A stretch of DNA of 64,000 nt. Origin: an uncultured Acidobacteriota bacterium. Lineage in GTDB: Bacteria; Acidobacteriota; Vicinamibacteria; Vicinamibacterales; CAVVIG01. The notes under the pieces are model-generated. The model did no database searches. It saw nothing but the letters and a program-made list of their open reading frames with translations, and was not told the DNA's origin. Positions within the stretch are counted from its first letter, which is position 1. Each line of letters opens with the position of its first letter. The stretch lies in NCBI GenBank assembly GCA_963770995.1, contig CAVYRS010000001.1, forward strand, positions 79,575 through 143,574, written 5' to 3'. Both the position numbers and the translations under genes were made by a program. Shown in pieces: positions 32,136 to 42,839 of the stretch.

Positions 32136-32342
32136 ATGGCCGATCGGCGCGTGAAAATCTGGTACGACCGGGACGGCGATTTCCTCGAAGTGATGTTCGA
32201 GGAGAGAGCCGGGTATTTCCGCGAAACGACCAACGAGCAGGTCATGGAAAAAATCGATGACCATGGCCGCGTCATTGGTTTCTCGATCCTGAAGGTGAGC
32301 GCCGTGCAGTCTGCGCCGTTGGAAGTTGCTCTTTCGCGCTAG
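32136..32342 (+). CDS. DUF2283 family small protein
   Basis: VKIWYDRDGDFLEV...DDHGRVIGFSIL. Confidence 0.8.
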   Translation: MADRRVKIWYDRDGDFLEVMFEERAGYFRETTNEQVMEKIDDHGRVIGFSILKVSAVQSAPLEVALSR

Positions 32343-32640
32343 CAAGCCACGCGAAGTTCGATCCGAGTATGGGCGGCTGGACCGACATCGCAGAGTTCTG
32401 GGATGTTGTCGCTTCTTCGAAGTCGACAATCGGCCGATATGAAGGGATCCAGATCCGTCTGTGGTTACGCGGCAGGTTCAGCGGAGGGGAGACGAATCTG
32501 CCGTTGCAGAATCTAAATATCCATAAGCACGGCTGCATCGGACGCGTATCATGTTGCTCTGTATCGCTCCGCATTGGTGGGATGTCGTTTTCTCGCGCTC
32601 GCAGTTGTTCAGGTTGCTCCGTTGAAACGGCCCGAGGTCT

Positions 32641-33342
32641 ATGATGCCTACGAGATCCTTGCGTGCGATAGCCGTTCTAACTGGTGTTGTGGCCCTGATC
32701 CACGCAAAGACAGCGGTCGCGCAGAATTCACCTGTTTCGTCGGCGTTTATGGGGATTCGAGCGCGTGCAGAGAAGGGTGAAGCCGCGGCGCAGGCAGGAC
32801 TCGCCGTAGCCTACGAAAACGGCTGGGGCGTCCCGCAGAACTACAACCAAGCTGCTATCTGGTTTCGCAAAGCAGCGGATCAAGGCCATGTCCTGGCGCA
32901 GCTGTCGCTGGGCTCACTTTATGCCGACGGCAAAGGTATTCCGCAGAATGCAACCCTTGCCGTGACCTGGTTCCGAAAGGCGGCGGACCAGGGCCTAGCG
33001 CTCGCGCAGTACAACGTCGGCGTGGCGCATGCTGCGGGAAGAGGTGTTCAACAAGATCTCGCCCAAGCCGCCGGCTGGTTTCGTAAAGCGGCGGATCAAG
33101 GAAATACCGACGCGCAGGCAAGGCTCGGTGCAATGTATGAACTTGGACAGGGTGTCCCGCAGGTTTATGCTGAAGCGCATAAATGGTTCAACCTGGCGGC
33201 CGCACACTCGTCTGGCGACGACCAAAAAAAGTATGCGGAGTTACGTGACTACCTCACAAAGCAAATGACACCTGAACAGCTCGCCGACGCGCAAGAACGT
33301 GCTCGACTCTGGCAGGAAGCGTTCGACCGCAAGAAACCTTAA
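32641..33342 (+). CDS. Exported Sel1-repeat protein
   Basis: Signal peptide; repeated GxGVPQ...AxxWFRKAADQG. Confidence 0.92.
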   Translation: MMPTRSLRAIAVLTGVVALIHAKTAVAQNSPVSSAFMGIRARAEKGEAAAQAGLAVAYENGWGVPQNYNQAAIWFRKAADQGHVLAQLSLGSLYADGKGIPQNATLAVTWFRKAADQGLALAQYNVGVAHAAGRGVQQDLAQAAGWFRKAADQGNTDAQARLGAMYELGQGVPQVYAEAHKWFNLAAAHSSGDDQKKYAELRDYLTKQMTPEQLADAQERARLWQEAFDRKKP

Positions 33343-33499
33343 CCAATTCGAGGTCTGCCGGGACAATTTGAGGGGTGGGATCGGCGTAAGAGACAGGTCG
33401 CCGGCAAGCGATCGCGATCCCGTCATTGGCCGGTACAGTCTCGCGCCCCACGAATTCTTTGGACAGCCCTTGCGAGAGGGACTGCGCCCGCGGCTTTTG

Positions 33500-33769
33500 T
33501 CAGCTTGAGCTGGTGAGTGTATCGGCGATGCGCAGCTTGATGAACGCCTGCCGGGTCACACCGATTCGCTTCGCCTCGCGGTCAATTGAACGAAGCAAAT
33601 CGACCGGGAAGTCGACATTCACGCGCTGAACCTCACGGCCCGGGCGCGTGGCTCTTGCCAAGTCAAGATGCGCGCTGAGGTCCTCGCCCGCGTCGTGCAT
33701 TTCATCGAGCCGGGCGGCGCTCAGTGTCCTACTCTGCGAGGTAGCGCGCTTCTTCGTCTGCGCGCGCAC
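33500..33769 (-). CDS. BrnA-like RHH antitoxin
   Basis: DAGEDLSAHLDL...QRVNVDFP...IDREAKRIGVTRQ; start uncertain. Confidence 0.82.
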   Translation of the reverse strand: MRAQTKKRATSQSRTLSAARLDEMHDAGEDLSAHLDLARATRPGREVQRVNVDFPVDLLRSIDREAKRIGVTRQAFIKLRIADTLTSSS

Positions 33770-33998
33770 GGCGGACCGAGATGATGCGAATTTTCTCATT
33801 GCGGTAAGTGATGAAAGCTGACCATGTTTTCTCACCGATACGGCCGATCATTTGATAACGGAATTCATCCAGGTTCCGCGCCGGAATCTCCAAGCGATCG
33901 TTGTCGGTCCAAATCTCTTGTGCCTCTGCGAAATCGACTCCGTGCTTTGCCTTGTTCGCGGCCGACTTCTCTGAATCGAACTCAAAGTCGAAACCCAT
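33729..33998 (-). CDS. BrnT family toxin
   Basis: FEFDSEKSAANKAKHGVDF...IRIISVRRAR. Confidence 0.9.
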   Translation of the reverse strand: MGFDFEFDSEKSAANKAKHGVDFAEAQEIWTDNDRLEIPARNLDEFRYQMIGRIGEKTWSAFITYRNEKIRIISVRRARADEEARYLAE

Positions 33999-34154
33999 TC
34001 GGTATAGAAATTATACCATTCTGGCCGAGGAACGCCCAATAGGTTGTCGGAGGCGAGGGCCACTCGACCTCCGGAATTCTCGTTCGGTATTGACAGGGAC
34101 CTAGAAGGTCCTTATAATTCCTTCTGCGTCCCAGTGACTTGGGAGGATAGCCCA

Positions 34155-35350
34155 ATGGCCACCACAGCCGTCGCACTTCAACATCAGCCAGCCGCCGATC
34201 AGTGCCCCTGGTGTGGAACCGCCATATCGCGAGCGAGATTCCTTGAGATCCAAACGCGAATAGCTGAACAGGAGCGGAGGAAGCTCGCGTTGGAACGTGC
34301 TCGGATGCAAGAAGAATTCAGTAACCGCATTAAACAAATCTGAGGCGCGACTCAAGCAGGAGGCCGACAAGAGGACTAGCGCGTTGATCGCGGAGCGGGA
34401 CGCGGCCACGACGAAGGTCAAACAGTACGAGGCCCGACTGGCGTCCGGTACGGAAGGAAGCCGAGAAGCAGACGGAGATTCGTGTCACATCCGAATTCGA
34501 GAAAAAGTTGGAGGCGTTGACAACGCAACGGGACGAGGCGGCAGCCAAGATCAAGCTGGTGGACGCTGCCAAACAGAGAGAGCTTCAGCAGCAGCGCGCT
34601 TCCCTCGAAAAAGATCGAGATGGAAGACTGCTCAAGGCTCAGGTTCAGTACAACAGAGAGCGCGAGCAACTACAGCAGACAATTGACGCGCTGACTCGCC
34701 AACTGCAGCGCAAGACCTCCGATGACCTTGGTGACGGTGCCGAGATCGACGTGTACGACGCGCTGCGCGCGGCGTTCCCTCGCGATGACATCGCTCGGAT
34801 CAAGAGAGGCCAACCCGGTGCCGACATTCGCCATCAGGTTCTTCAGAAGGGGACGCCATGCGGTACCATCCTGCTCGACTCGAAGAACAGGCAGGGTTGG
34901 CAGAATGCGTACGTCACAAAGCTTCGCGAAGACCAGATGGCCGCGAAGGCCGATTACGCGATTCTCGCAACGACAGTGTTCCCGAGTGGAAAGAAGGAAC
35001 TCTACGTTGACGCGGAGACGCGAGTCATTGTCGTCAATCGGGCGCGCGTCGTTGAAATCGTAGGATTGATCCGGCGACTACAGCAACGAATGCAGTCACT
35101 TGAATTGAGTCAGACCGAGCGCTCCGAAAAGCGCGAACTTCTGTACACGTACGTCACATCCGAAGACTATCGACAACATTTGATCGAGGCCGGGCGTCTC
35201 ACAACCGAGATGGCGGATCTGGACGTTGAAGAAAAACGTACTCATGACAAAGTCTGGGAGAAACGCGGAAAGATGACAACGCGGTTGCGCAACGTCATCA
35301 GAGAGATTGACACGGAGGTCAACGCGATCCTCGAGGGTACGCGTTCCTGA
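34155..35350 (+). CDS. DUF2130-like coiled-coil/PD-(D/E)XK protein (frameshifts near 34338 and 34448)
   Basis: GGAGG RBS, CPWCG knuckle, long coiled coil, GDGAE...FPRDDI...GADI...GTILLDSKN...KLREDQ...ADYAIL. Confidence 0.75.
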
Positions 35351-35364
35351 GCAGCGAGGTTGAG

Positions 35365-36318
35365 ATGAGCGCACAGGTTGCCTCCATCGTGCCACCCAGC
35401 GCGCAATGGCAGGAAAGACGCTTGGGGCGGACCATCTTGAGGACCTATCGCACCACGGTGGACCTTGATGATGTTCTCCCTCACCCAAATCAACCGCGGC
35501 TAGGCCCGAAAGAGGACCTCGAACTGCAGCGACAGATCGAAGCCAACGAGGGCATCTTTGAACCGCTGTTGCTGGAGCCGCACCCCGACCACTCTGGAAA
35601 GCTCAGAATTATCGACGGCGACCGTCGTTGGTCGAACTCGAAAATCCTTGTTGAAGTCCAAAAGAAGGAGCAGTACAGGAAGCTCCCGGCGGAGATTACG
35701 GACCGTACACTTTCCGAGGATGAACGGCTGCGTGTGTGGATCTACATTCACCGCCAGCGGAAGGAATGGGACGCCAAAGAGAAGGAGATGGTCGCTTACC
35801 GGCTTGTTGACCTCGTCGGCCGGGCAAGCGCGGCGAACATCTTGGGGACTACAGTCCGGGAACTGGACAAGTTGGTCGAGATCTACGAGTTGTCAGAAAA
35901 GCTGACGAATCTTCCAGATCCAGCTACGTCAATCACCTGGGCACGTGAGATCAGGAACCTCAATCGGAAACTGGTTACACCGCAAGTGTTGGAAGCGATC
36001 ATCAAACGAGTCAATGACCAGGAGATCACAAACTCGAAGGACTTGAGGAAACTCCGACAGGTTCTCCGAGATCCTGTTGCCCGAGACGAGTTCCTAGCCG
36101 ATGGTGGTTCCATCGATTCTGCGTTGCTCAAGTTGGGGCCGGTACCAACCAAGCAACGAGAAGGACTGACCGGCGATATTCAGGCGCTGGCTGATGTGAT
36201 CAAAGGATACCCTTGGACGACGCTCGCAGATCTGAAGGGCGATCCGGACCTCATTCGCACGCTGGAGGAGACGGAGAAGCTGCTGAAAGATCTCCGCCGG
36301 ACGCTTGGCAAGTCCTGA
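35365..36318 (+). CDS. ParB/Srx N-terminal domain protein (no parA nearby)
   Basis: PHPNQPR, GIFEPLLL, IIDGDRRW. Confidence 0.82.
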   Translation: MSAQVASIVPPSAQWQERRLGRTILRTYRTTVDLDDVLPHPNQPRLGPKEDLELQRQIEANEGIFEPLLLEPHPDHSGKLRIIDGDRRWSNSKILVEVQKKEQYRKLPAEITDRTLSEDERLRVWIYIHRQRKEWDAKEKEMVAYRLVDLVGRASAANILGTTVRELDKLVEIYELSEKLTNLPDPATSITWAREIRNLNRKLVTPQVLEAIIKRVNDQEITNSKDLRKLRQVLRDPVARDEFLADGGSIDSALLKLGPVPTKQREGLTGDIQALADVIKGYPWTTLADLKGDPDLIRTLEETEKLLKDLRRTLGKS

Positions 36319-36396
36319 TCAGGAACGCTCGGTGAATCGGAACGACCGTCGATCGCCAGTCGTCCAGACCAGAACGAGCAAGAGGACGCGTTCGAT

Positions 36397-37602
36397 ATGA
36401 AGTCAGCGCGAGTGTGTCGCTCGTGCACAAACAATCCGCATCTAAAGGATTGGATTGCCGTCAATGGCAACGGTGTCGAGCACTGTACGTTCGGCTGTGC
36501 CATCCATGAGGTCTCCGTCGATCTCGTTTCGTTCGCTCAGCATGTCGACAACGTCATTCGTGGAAACTTTTCATTCAACGACGGTGACGACGTCAGCATC
36601 GACGACGAAGATCCTGAAAAGGTGATCGTCAGAGTTGCCGGCATCGGGACGCCTTTGGCGCACAGTGTCGTGGCGATCGCTCGGAGTCGGGAAGGACATC
36701 CGTCTTTCTACGATTTCCGGCTGTCTGAAGCGGCGCCGTGGCCCATGGAACACGGGCGCGTATGGTCAGAGGTTGTTGAGATCGTCAAGTCTCGCGCAAG
36801 GTACTTCAGCAAAGTGAGGTCAGTGTTGGACGACCTGCTCGGTGACGTCACGACCCTAGTAGGAGGAGCAGCGATTCGGCAATTAACTGCCGTGGATCGT
36901 CTTTTCCGCGCGAGACGCGAGAACACGACTGACGAAGCCGACGTCGTGTTTAAGTCGCCTGCCGCCGAACTGCGGGCACCGCCACACGATCGTGCCAGAG
37001 CGAAACGAATGAATGCCTCGGGGATCCGCGTCTTCTACGGCGCCCTCCGGGAAGAGATCGCGATGGCCGAGGTCAGACCTCCAGTCGGAAGCCGTGTCGT
37101 TGTGGGTACCTTCACGCCAAGACGGACCCTGCGCGTCCTTGACCTTGTTGCTCTTCGATGGCCCCGAGAATACGCCGACATCTTCAGTGCAGGATTCGAC
37201 GCACTCTCGAAGAAGCTCGTCTTCCTGAGCACGTTGCAAGACGAAATCAGCCGTCCGATCCAGCCCTACGACGAAGAACTGGAGGACCTTCCGACTCAGG
37301 TGATATCTGAGTACCTCGCCAATGTGATCGGGTTGGACGGAATTGCCTACAAGTCTGCTCAGACACCCGCTGAGATTCTAGCGACGGGTCCCGCCTCGAA
37401 GAACCGTAACGTCGCTCTTTTTGGAACCGCGGCGATGACGACTGCTGAATTTGACACAACGGACATCGAGTCTGCGGGGCTGCAATTCGTGGAGGGTTCG
37501 CAGCACATGTTCGACGTTACGGACGTAAGAGTGACCTACGAGAAGAATGCGTCGGCGCATCACGAACCGCCACCCGATGATGGCGAGTCGCCGAGGGCCT
37601 GA
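36397..37602 (+). CDS. RES-domain protein with Cys-rich N-terminal domain
   Basis: CRSC...CTFGC; LFRAR, KRMNASGIRVFYGA, AEVRP, LDGIAYKS, NVALF. Confidence 0.85.
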   Translation: MKSARVCRSCTNNPHLKDWIAVNGNGVEHCTFGCAIHEVSVDLVSFAQHVDNVIRGNFSFNDGDDVSIDDEDPEKVIVRVAGIGTPLAHSVVAIARSREGHPSFYDFRLSEAAPWPMEHGRVWSEVVEIVKSRARYFSKVRSVLDDLLGDVTTLVGGAAIRQLTAVDRLFRARRENTTDEADVVFKSPAAELRAPPHDRARAKRMNASGIRVFYGALREEIAMAEVRPPVGSRVVVGTFTPRRTLRVLDLVALRWPREYADIFSAGFDALSKKLVFLSTLQDEISRPIQPYDEELEDLPTQVISEYLANVIGLDGIAYKSAQTPAEILATGPASKNRNVALFGTAAMTTAEFDTTDIESAGLQFVEGSQHMFDVTDVRVTYEKNASAHHEPPPDDGESPRA

Positions 37603-38390
37603 TGATCTACTATTTGCGAGAATCCGTGATGCCGAAACGTCTGAGAACGAATCAAAATTCCCGAACGAATCCGGCTGAACCGTGGCGGCCCTCGCACAGT
37701 GATTCAGATTGACTTGCCGCCCAAACGCAGGTAGTTTGAATTCATCTCCCGTGGCGATCGATCGCCACCCCTCCGCGCTGGCCTCAGGCCACGATGGAGC
37801 GCTTCGAGTCAGTGCCCTTAGGGCAACGGCAACAAGCATCAGAAACCGAATCGGCGGATCGCGGTCGCAGTCAGCTGCAGGCCTCCAGAGCTGACCTTAG
37901 GCCACTCGAGGCAACTGCAGGCGACCGACGTCGCGCTCGTCACCGCAGTTCGGCAAAAGCCGACGGCGCCGAGCGCACCGCCGATGGCCGGGTAAACCCG
38001 CATAGACGCCTCAGGGCGCGACTTCGTCGTTACGACAGGTCGATCTTCGCCGAGGCACTCGCCGGAGACTCGCAGCGCGGCCGATACGGCGGTGCCGCGA
38101 CCACCTCCTCCGCACGGCGGCTGATCGGACGGAATGCCTAGCGGCTCCGTTCCTAACACCGCCCACCGAGCCCGCCGGCCGCGCGACCGACTCTAGGTCG
38201 AATCGAGCTGACCGGCACTTCTCAAGGCTCGGTTCGTTCAACCAACATTCGGCGTCGACCACGAATCGACGCCACAGCTGCGGAGGACCGATGAGGAAGA
38301 CCACGTACACGGAATCGGCGCATACTGTCGACGACGCGCAGCCGTCGGTCGACAGCGTCGTCGGCGAACAGCGGACTGCCGAATCGGCTG

Positions 38391-38561
38391 ATGACCGCGT
38401 TCGAGGTCGCCGAGTTCGTCGGCTGCCACGAAGAGACGGTGCGCCGCGCGTACCTGCGCGGGCTGCTCACCTCGCAGCGGTTCGGCGTCAGAGGAAGGAG
38501 GTTCCATCCAGCCGACGTGCTCGACTGGATTAGGCGCGGCGCACCGACGAGAGTCTCGTAA
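38391..38561 (+). CDS. Excisionase-like HTH protein
   Basis: Manual translation MTAFEVAEFVGCHEETVRRAYLRGLL...RFHPADVLDWI, directly upstream of the integrase. Confidence 0.8.
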   Translation: MTAFEVAEFVGCHEETVRRAYLRGLLTSQRFGVRGRRFHPADVLDWIRRGAPTRVS

Positions 38562-38600
38562 ACCACTCAACCCAAGGAGTCACACGCATGAAGGAGGTCG

Positions 38601-39861
38601 ATGGCGATCAGACGAAGATGCAGTGGACGAACGTGCACGAACCCGCGGCGGTGCCTCGAACATCTGTGGTTCGACGTGATGCATCGCGGGACGCGATATC
38701 GCATGCCGGCGAACGAGTTCGCGATGCCGCGCATGGAGCCGAGCAAACAGCGGCCGATCCAGTCGATGGAGGAAGCACGCGATTGGGAGCGGCTCTTCAT
38801 CGGCGAGATCAAGGCCGGTCGTGATCCTCGTCGGCCGAGGCCCGCACGGAAGTCATCAGACGTCGCACCGAAGGACGTCGCGGGCTTCCTCGACGCGTAC
38901 GTCGAGCGGTGCGTCAAGCCGGCGGCACTGAAGAGCGTGAAGTCGATGCTGCAGCCGCATCGACGTGCTGAAGAAGCATCTCGGCGAGCTGCCGCTCGAC
39001 GCGCTCGAAGAGCCCGACGACGATCAATCGCTTCAAGACCGACTCGGACTACGCCGAGCGAGGTCGAGCTCGCGACGATTCATCGCACGCTCGAAACGCT
39101 TCGAGCCGCGATGAATTGGGGCATGGCGCAGACACCGCCGTTCTTCAAGAAGTCGCCGTTCCACCGATTCGGTGTGCGGATGAACAAGAAGGCGGAGACG
39201 ATGCGCGATCGGCGACTATCAACGCGACGAGGAGAAGCTGCTGCTCGACGCCGCGCTGCAGAAGATGAACACGCCGGAGCATCAGTTCGTCGGACCGCTG
39301 CTCCACGACCGCATCATCGGCGCGCTGGAGCTGTGTTGCCGGCGCGGCGAGATGCTGCTGATCCAGAACAAGCGGGTGAACTGGGAGACGTACCAGATCG
39401 GCATCCCCGGCGCGACCGCCAAGGACAAGGAGAACCGGCGAATCCCGTTCAACCCGGAGGGACGGCTCGCCGCGATCCTCGAGCGCCGAGCGAAGCTCGG
39501 ACCCGATGCCTACGTGTTCGGATCGGCAACGGGCGCGTACCAGCCGGAACTTCAAACGGCCTGGGAAACGCTTCGACTGCTCGCGCACGGCATCGAGCCG
39601 CGGCCGACGCGAAAGGGCGCGGCGTGGAACCGGGAGCAGCTCCAGCGGATCGATCTCCGCTGGCACGACCTGCGGCACGAAGGCGCCTGCCGGCTCCTGG
39701 CCGACGGCGTCGACATCCGCATCATCCAGCTGATGCTCGGACACGCGAGCATTCAGCAGACGCAGCGCTACTTGAACGTGACGGACGAGGAACTCAGGAG
39801 AGGACTGGAGGTGAGCTGGAACAACAAAGGCCGACCGCTTCGACTCGCATCGGGAGCCTGA
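38601..39861 (+). CDS. Tyrosine integrase (frameshifts between ~38950 and ~39230)
   Basis: CCRRGE, AKDK, WHDLRHE, LGHAS, TQRYL catalytic motifs; AAGGAGG RBS. Confidence 0.9.
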
Positions 39862-39950
39862 AATGCTCGACCGCTGTCGAGGAAGAACGATCGGCCCGAC
39901 GCGTCTGGTCCCAAATTTGTCACAACGCGGTCGTTCGGAGGCTCGAAAGT

Positions 39951-40027
<77 letters not shown>

Positions 40028-40220
40028 GTATGTGTAAGGTAATGCCTAGTGTAGCACGAGTTACACGCCCGATTGGCACGCTCCGATCGTTGATCGACCC
40101 GATCGTTGCCGCTCGAATCCGCGCCGATGAGATTTCCGCCCAAATCTGCTAAGCCCGATCTGTACGAATCCGCTGAACGGCCGATACACAACAGGTACAC
40201 ACTTTGCGAGGGCTCAGGTT

Positions 40221-40364
40221 ATGTCGGAACTGCTCGTCCTGCTCCTGATCGTCTCCGGTGTCGCGTTGAGCGTCGGGCTCTCGCGCCTCGCCGTCGGCGA
40301 AATGTTTCGCCTCGTCTCCAGCCCCCGTTCCGATCGGCGGCGCCAGACTCCAGGCGCCCAATAG
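40221..40364 (+). CDS. Small membrane protein
   Basis: MSELLVLLLIVSGVALSVGLSRLAVGEMFRL. Confidence 0.45.
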   Translation: MSELLVLLLIVSGVALSVGLSRLAVGEMFRLVSSPRSDRRRQTPGAQ

Positions 40365-40424
40365 CCGACCGCGCTTCGTCCTGGCAAGCCACCTCGCCGT
40401 GGCGGTGTAGCATTGCATTGCCCC

Positions 40425-41339
40425 ATGCTACCCGTGCGAATGCTGCTCACGGCCTGCGTCGCCGTTGCCGTCGGCTCGTCGCTGCTCCTCGCCCAATCCG
40501 TCGTCCGCACCGCGGACCCGATCAAGCGCGGGCTGAAGGAAAGCGACTTCCCGCGCACGATCAAAGTCACGGACACGGTGTATTCGTACGAGGACTTTCA
40601 CGCCGGGGACGAGAAGTTCACCACGACGAACATGTTCGTCGTGACCGACGAAGGCGTGCTCGTCGCCGACGGCCAGGGCAACCCGGCGGCGACCAAGGGC
40701 CTCGTCGACGCAATCGCCAAAGTCACACCCAAGCCAATCAAGTACGTCGTGATCTGCTCCGACCACGGGGACCATACGGCCGGCAACGCGTCGTTCCCGG
40801 CCGGCGTCCGCTACCTCATCCATCCGACCGGGAAGGCGGCGATGGGCCGCAACGCGCCGGCGGACGCGGAGCTGGTGTCAGACACCAAGAGCCTGACGGT
40901 CGGCGGTGAGCCCGTGCAGGTGATGTTCATCGGCCGCGCACACACCGGCGGCGACCTGGCCGTCTACCTGCCGCGCCAGAAGATCCTGTTCCTCAGCGAG
41001 ATTTTCCTGAACCGCGTCTTTCCGGCGATGCGCTCCGCGTATCCGTCCGAATGGCTGGGCGCGCTGTCGAAAGCCGAACGGATGGACGTGAACATCTACA
41101 TCGCGGGGCATGGATTCACCGAGACGGGTCCGGTATCGAAAGAAGAACTGCGCGCCTACCACAAGGCGATGGAGGCGGTCGTCGCCGAGGCCACGCGCCT
41201 TCACAAAGCAGGCGTGCCGGTCGACGATGCGATCAAGCAGGCGAATTTCGGCGAGTACGCGTCGTGGACGCTCTCGAAGTCGCAGGGGCCGATCGCGATT
41301 CGGAAGGTGTACGAGGAGCTGGACGGCAAGTTGCAGTAG
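40425..41339 (+). CDS. Exported MBL-fold metallo-hydrolase
   Basis: Signal peptide, SDHGDH (variant HxHxDH), GRAHTGGD, IAGHG. Confidence 0.88.
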   Translation: MLPVRMLLTACVAVAVGSSLLLAQSVVRTADPIKRGLKESDFPRTIKVTDTVYSYEDFHAGDEKFTTTNMFVVTDEGVLVADGQGNPAATKGLVDAIAKVTPKPIKYVVICSDHGDHTAGNASFPAGVRYLIHPTGKAAMGRNAPADAELVSDTKSLTVGGEPVQVMFIGRAHTGGDLAVYLPRQKILFLSEIFLNRVFPAMRSAYPSEWLGALSKAERMDVNIYIAGHGFTETGPVSKEELRAYHKAMEAVVAEATRLHKAGVPVDDAIKQANFGEYASWTLSKSQGPIAIRKVYEELDGKLQ

Positions 41340-41387
41340 GTCCGGCTGAAGCCGAAGTAGGTCCGGCTAAAGCCGGACCCCACGTAC
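41336..41387. repeat. Tandem GTAG-type REP-like hairpins
   Basis: gtaggtccggctgaagccg then gtaggtccggctaaagccggacc between convergent genes. Confidence 0.7.
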
Positions 41388-41397
41388 GGGGAATGAA

Positions 41398-42219
41398 TTA
41401 CCGCGACACAGATCCGAGCAGGGTTTTTCGCGTCGTCCCGAGTGTAAACGTCAGCGACTCGCGCGGGAGGCTGGTGACGAACGGCCCGATCAGCCACCCG
41501 AATCCGAACGGAATGTCCCGTGTCAGCGTGATCGATTCGCATTCGATGTAGGTGCCGCCGTCGCGCTCCAGAAATCGCCAGTAGGTGTTCAGGCGCCACA
41601 GATACCCGCCGTCCCGGCCCACCGGCAGCTCGCGTTCCTTCGGCGTGCCCGCGCCTTCGACTTCCGCGATGCGCGTGCTCTGAATGCGGCTCGCCGCGCG
41701 ATCGGCGCCGGGCCGCGAAAACTCGGCGACCGATTCGGTGTCGACGGTCACGGCAATCACCTTTTTCATGTAGAACCGGAGGAACACGCGGAAGCGATCG
41801 CCGTTTCGCTCCAGCGTCTTCGACCGGGCCACGGCGGGCCGATAGACGTCTGCGTGCCGGTCGTAGTCCTGCATGAGCGCCACGGCCTGGTCGAGGTGCG
41901 CGCCCGGTACGAACACGGTTCCGGACCAATGATGAATCATCCCGTCAGGCACATCGATCGCGCGGCCGCCATCCTTCGTTTCCAGCCGGTCGATCGTCAC
42001 TTCGCCGGCCCGAAGCTTGTCCAGGACCGTGCGCCGGGCCGCCGGATCCAACCGGTCGACTCTGAGGAATCGGTCGATTTCGGCCGCCATTCGCGCCTCG
42101 GTGAGGCGCTCGTATCGCTCGAAGGCCGCGATGGTCCGCGGGGTCAGGTCGGCCGCACGCAGGGGCGCTGCCAGGACGCCGCCCAGTATCACTGCCGACA
42201 GAACTCGCTTCCAATCCAT
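41398..42219 (-). CDS. Exported hypothetical protein
   Basis: 273 aa, signal peptide MDWKRVLSAVILGGVLAAPLRA. Confidence 0.78.
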   Translation of the reverse strand: MDWKRVLSAVILGGVLAAPLRAADLTPRTIAAFERYERLTEARMAAEIDRFLRVDRLDPAARRTVLDKLRAGEVTIDRLETKDGGRAIDVPDGMIHHWSGTVFVPGAHLDQAVALMQDYDRHADVYRPAVARSKTLERNGDRFRVFLRFYMKKVIAVTVDTESVAEFSRPGADRAASRIQSTRIAEVEGAGTPKERELPVGRDGGYLWRLNTYWRFLERDGGTYIECESITLTRDIPFGFGWLIGPFVTSLPRESLTFTLGTTRKTLLGSVSR

Positions 42220-42257
42220 GAGCTTGCTGGGATCGTATTACAGTAGTCGTTGACTGA

Positions 42258-42839
42258 ATGGCTTCCCTAATCGGCTCAGGCGGCCTTGGCGGGCAGGCGC
42301 CACCTCTCGACCTCCCATCCGCCGATGGCGTGCGGCGCACGCTGGCCGACCTCAACGATAAGCCGACGCTGATTTCGTTTCTGGGGCCGGCGCATTGCCT
42401 GTTCTGCCGCGCCCACGTCATTCGGCTGATTCAAGCCCGCGACGAAATCGACAGCATGGGCGCGAATGTGATTTTCGTCACGTATCACGACCCCGAGATG
42501 ATGACGGCCAAGATGCTGCACGACCTCGACGTCCCCTACACGCTGCTGCTGGACCCGGCGCGGGAGGCGTACCTGCGCTATGGGCTCGGCCCGATGGGCT
42601 GGCAGAGCATGGTGTTTCCGGCGCTCTACTGGAAGATGATGCCGATCATCGCCAACGTCATGCGCGGGCGCGAGAGGTCGCTCGGCACCGCACCTGGCGT
42701 GCACCAGCTCGGCGGCGATTTCGTGGTGAACTGCGTCAACCGGCTCGCCTTCGTCAACCGCATGCGGAGCTTGCACGATCGGGCCAAGACGCCAGACCTG
42801 CTGGCCGCGCTGCGTGCGTGCGCCGCCGCAGCGCCCTAG
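42258..42839 (+). CDS. AhpC/TSA peroxiredoxin-like protein
   Basis: HCLFCRAH CxxC, LLDPAREAY, QLGGDFVV. Confidence 0.82.
   Translation: MASLIGSGGLGGQAPPLDLPSADGVRRTLADLNDKPTLISFLGPAHCLFCRAHVIRLIQARDEIDSMGANVIFVTYHDPEMMTAKMLHDLDVPYTLLLDPAREAYLRYGLGPMGWQSMVFPALYWKMMPIIANVMRGRERSLGTAPGVHQLGGDFVVNCVNRLAFVNRMRSLHDRAKTPDLLAALRACAAAAP

Noticed and set aside
37603..38290. Possible extra genes or regulatory RNA upstream of xis
   Set aside because: Candidate ORFs look non-coding and no family was recognised
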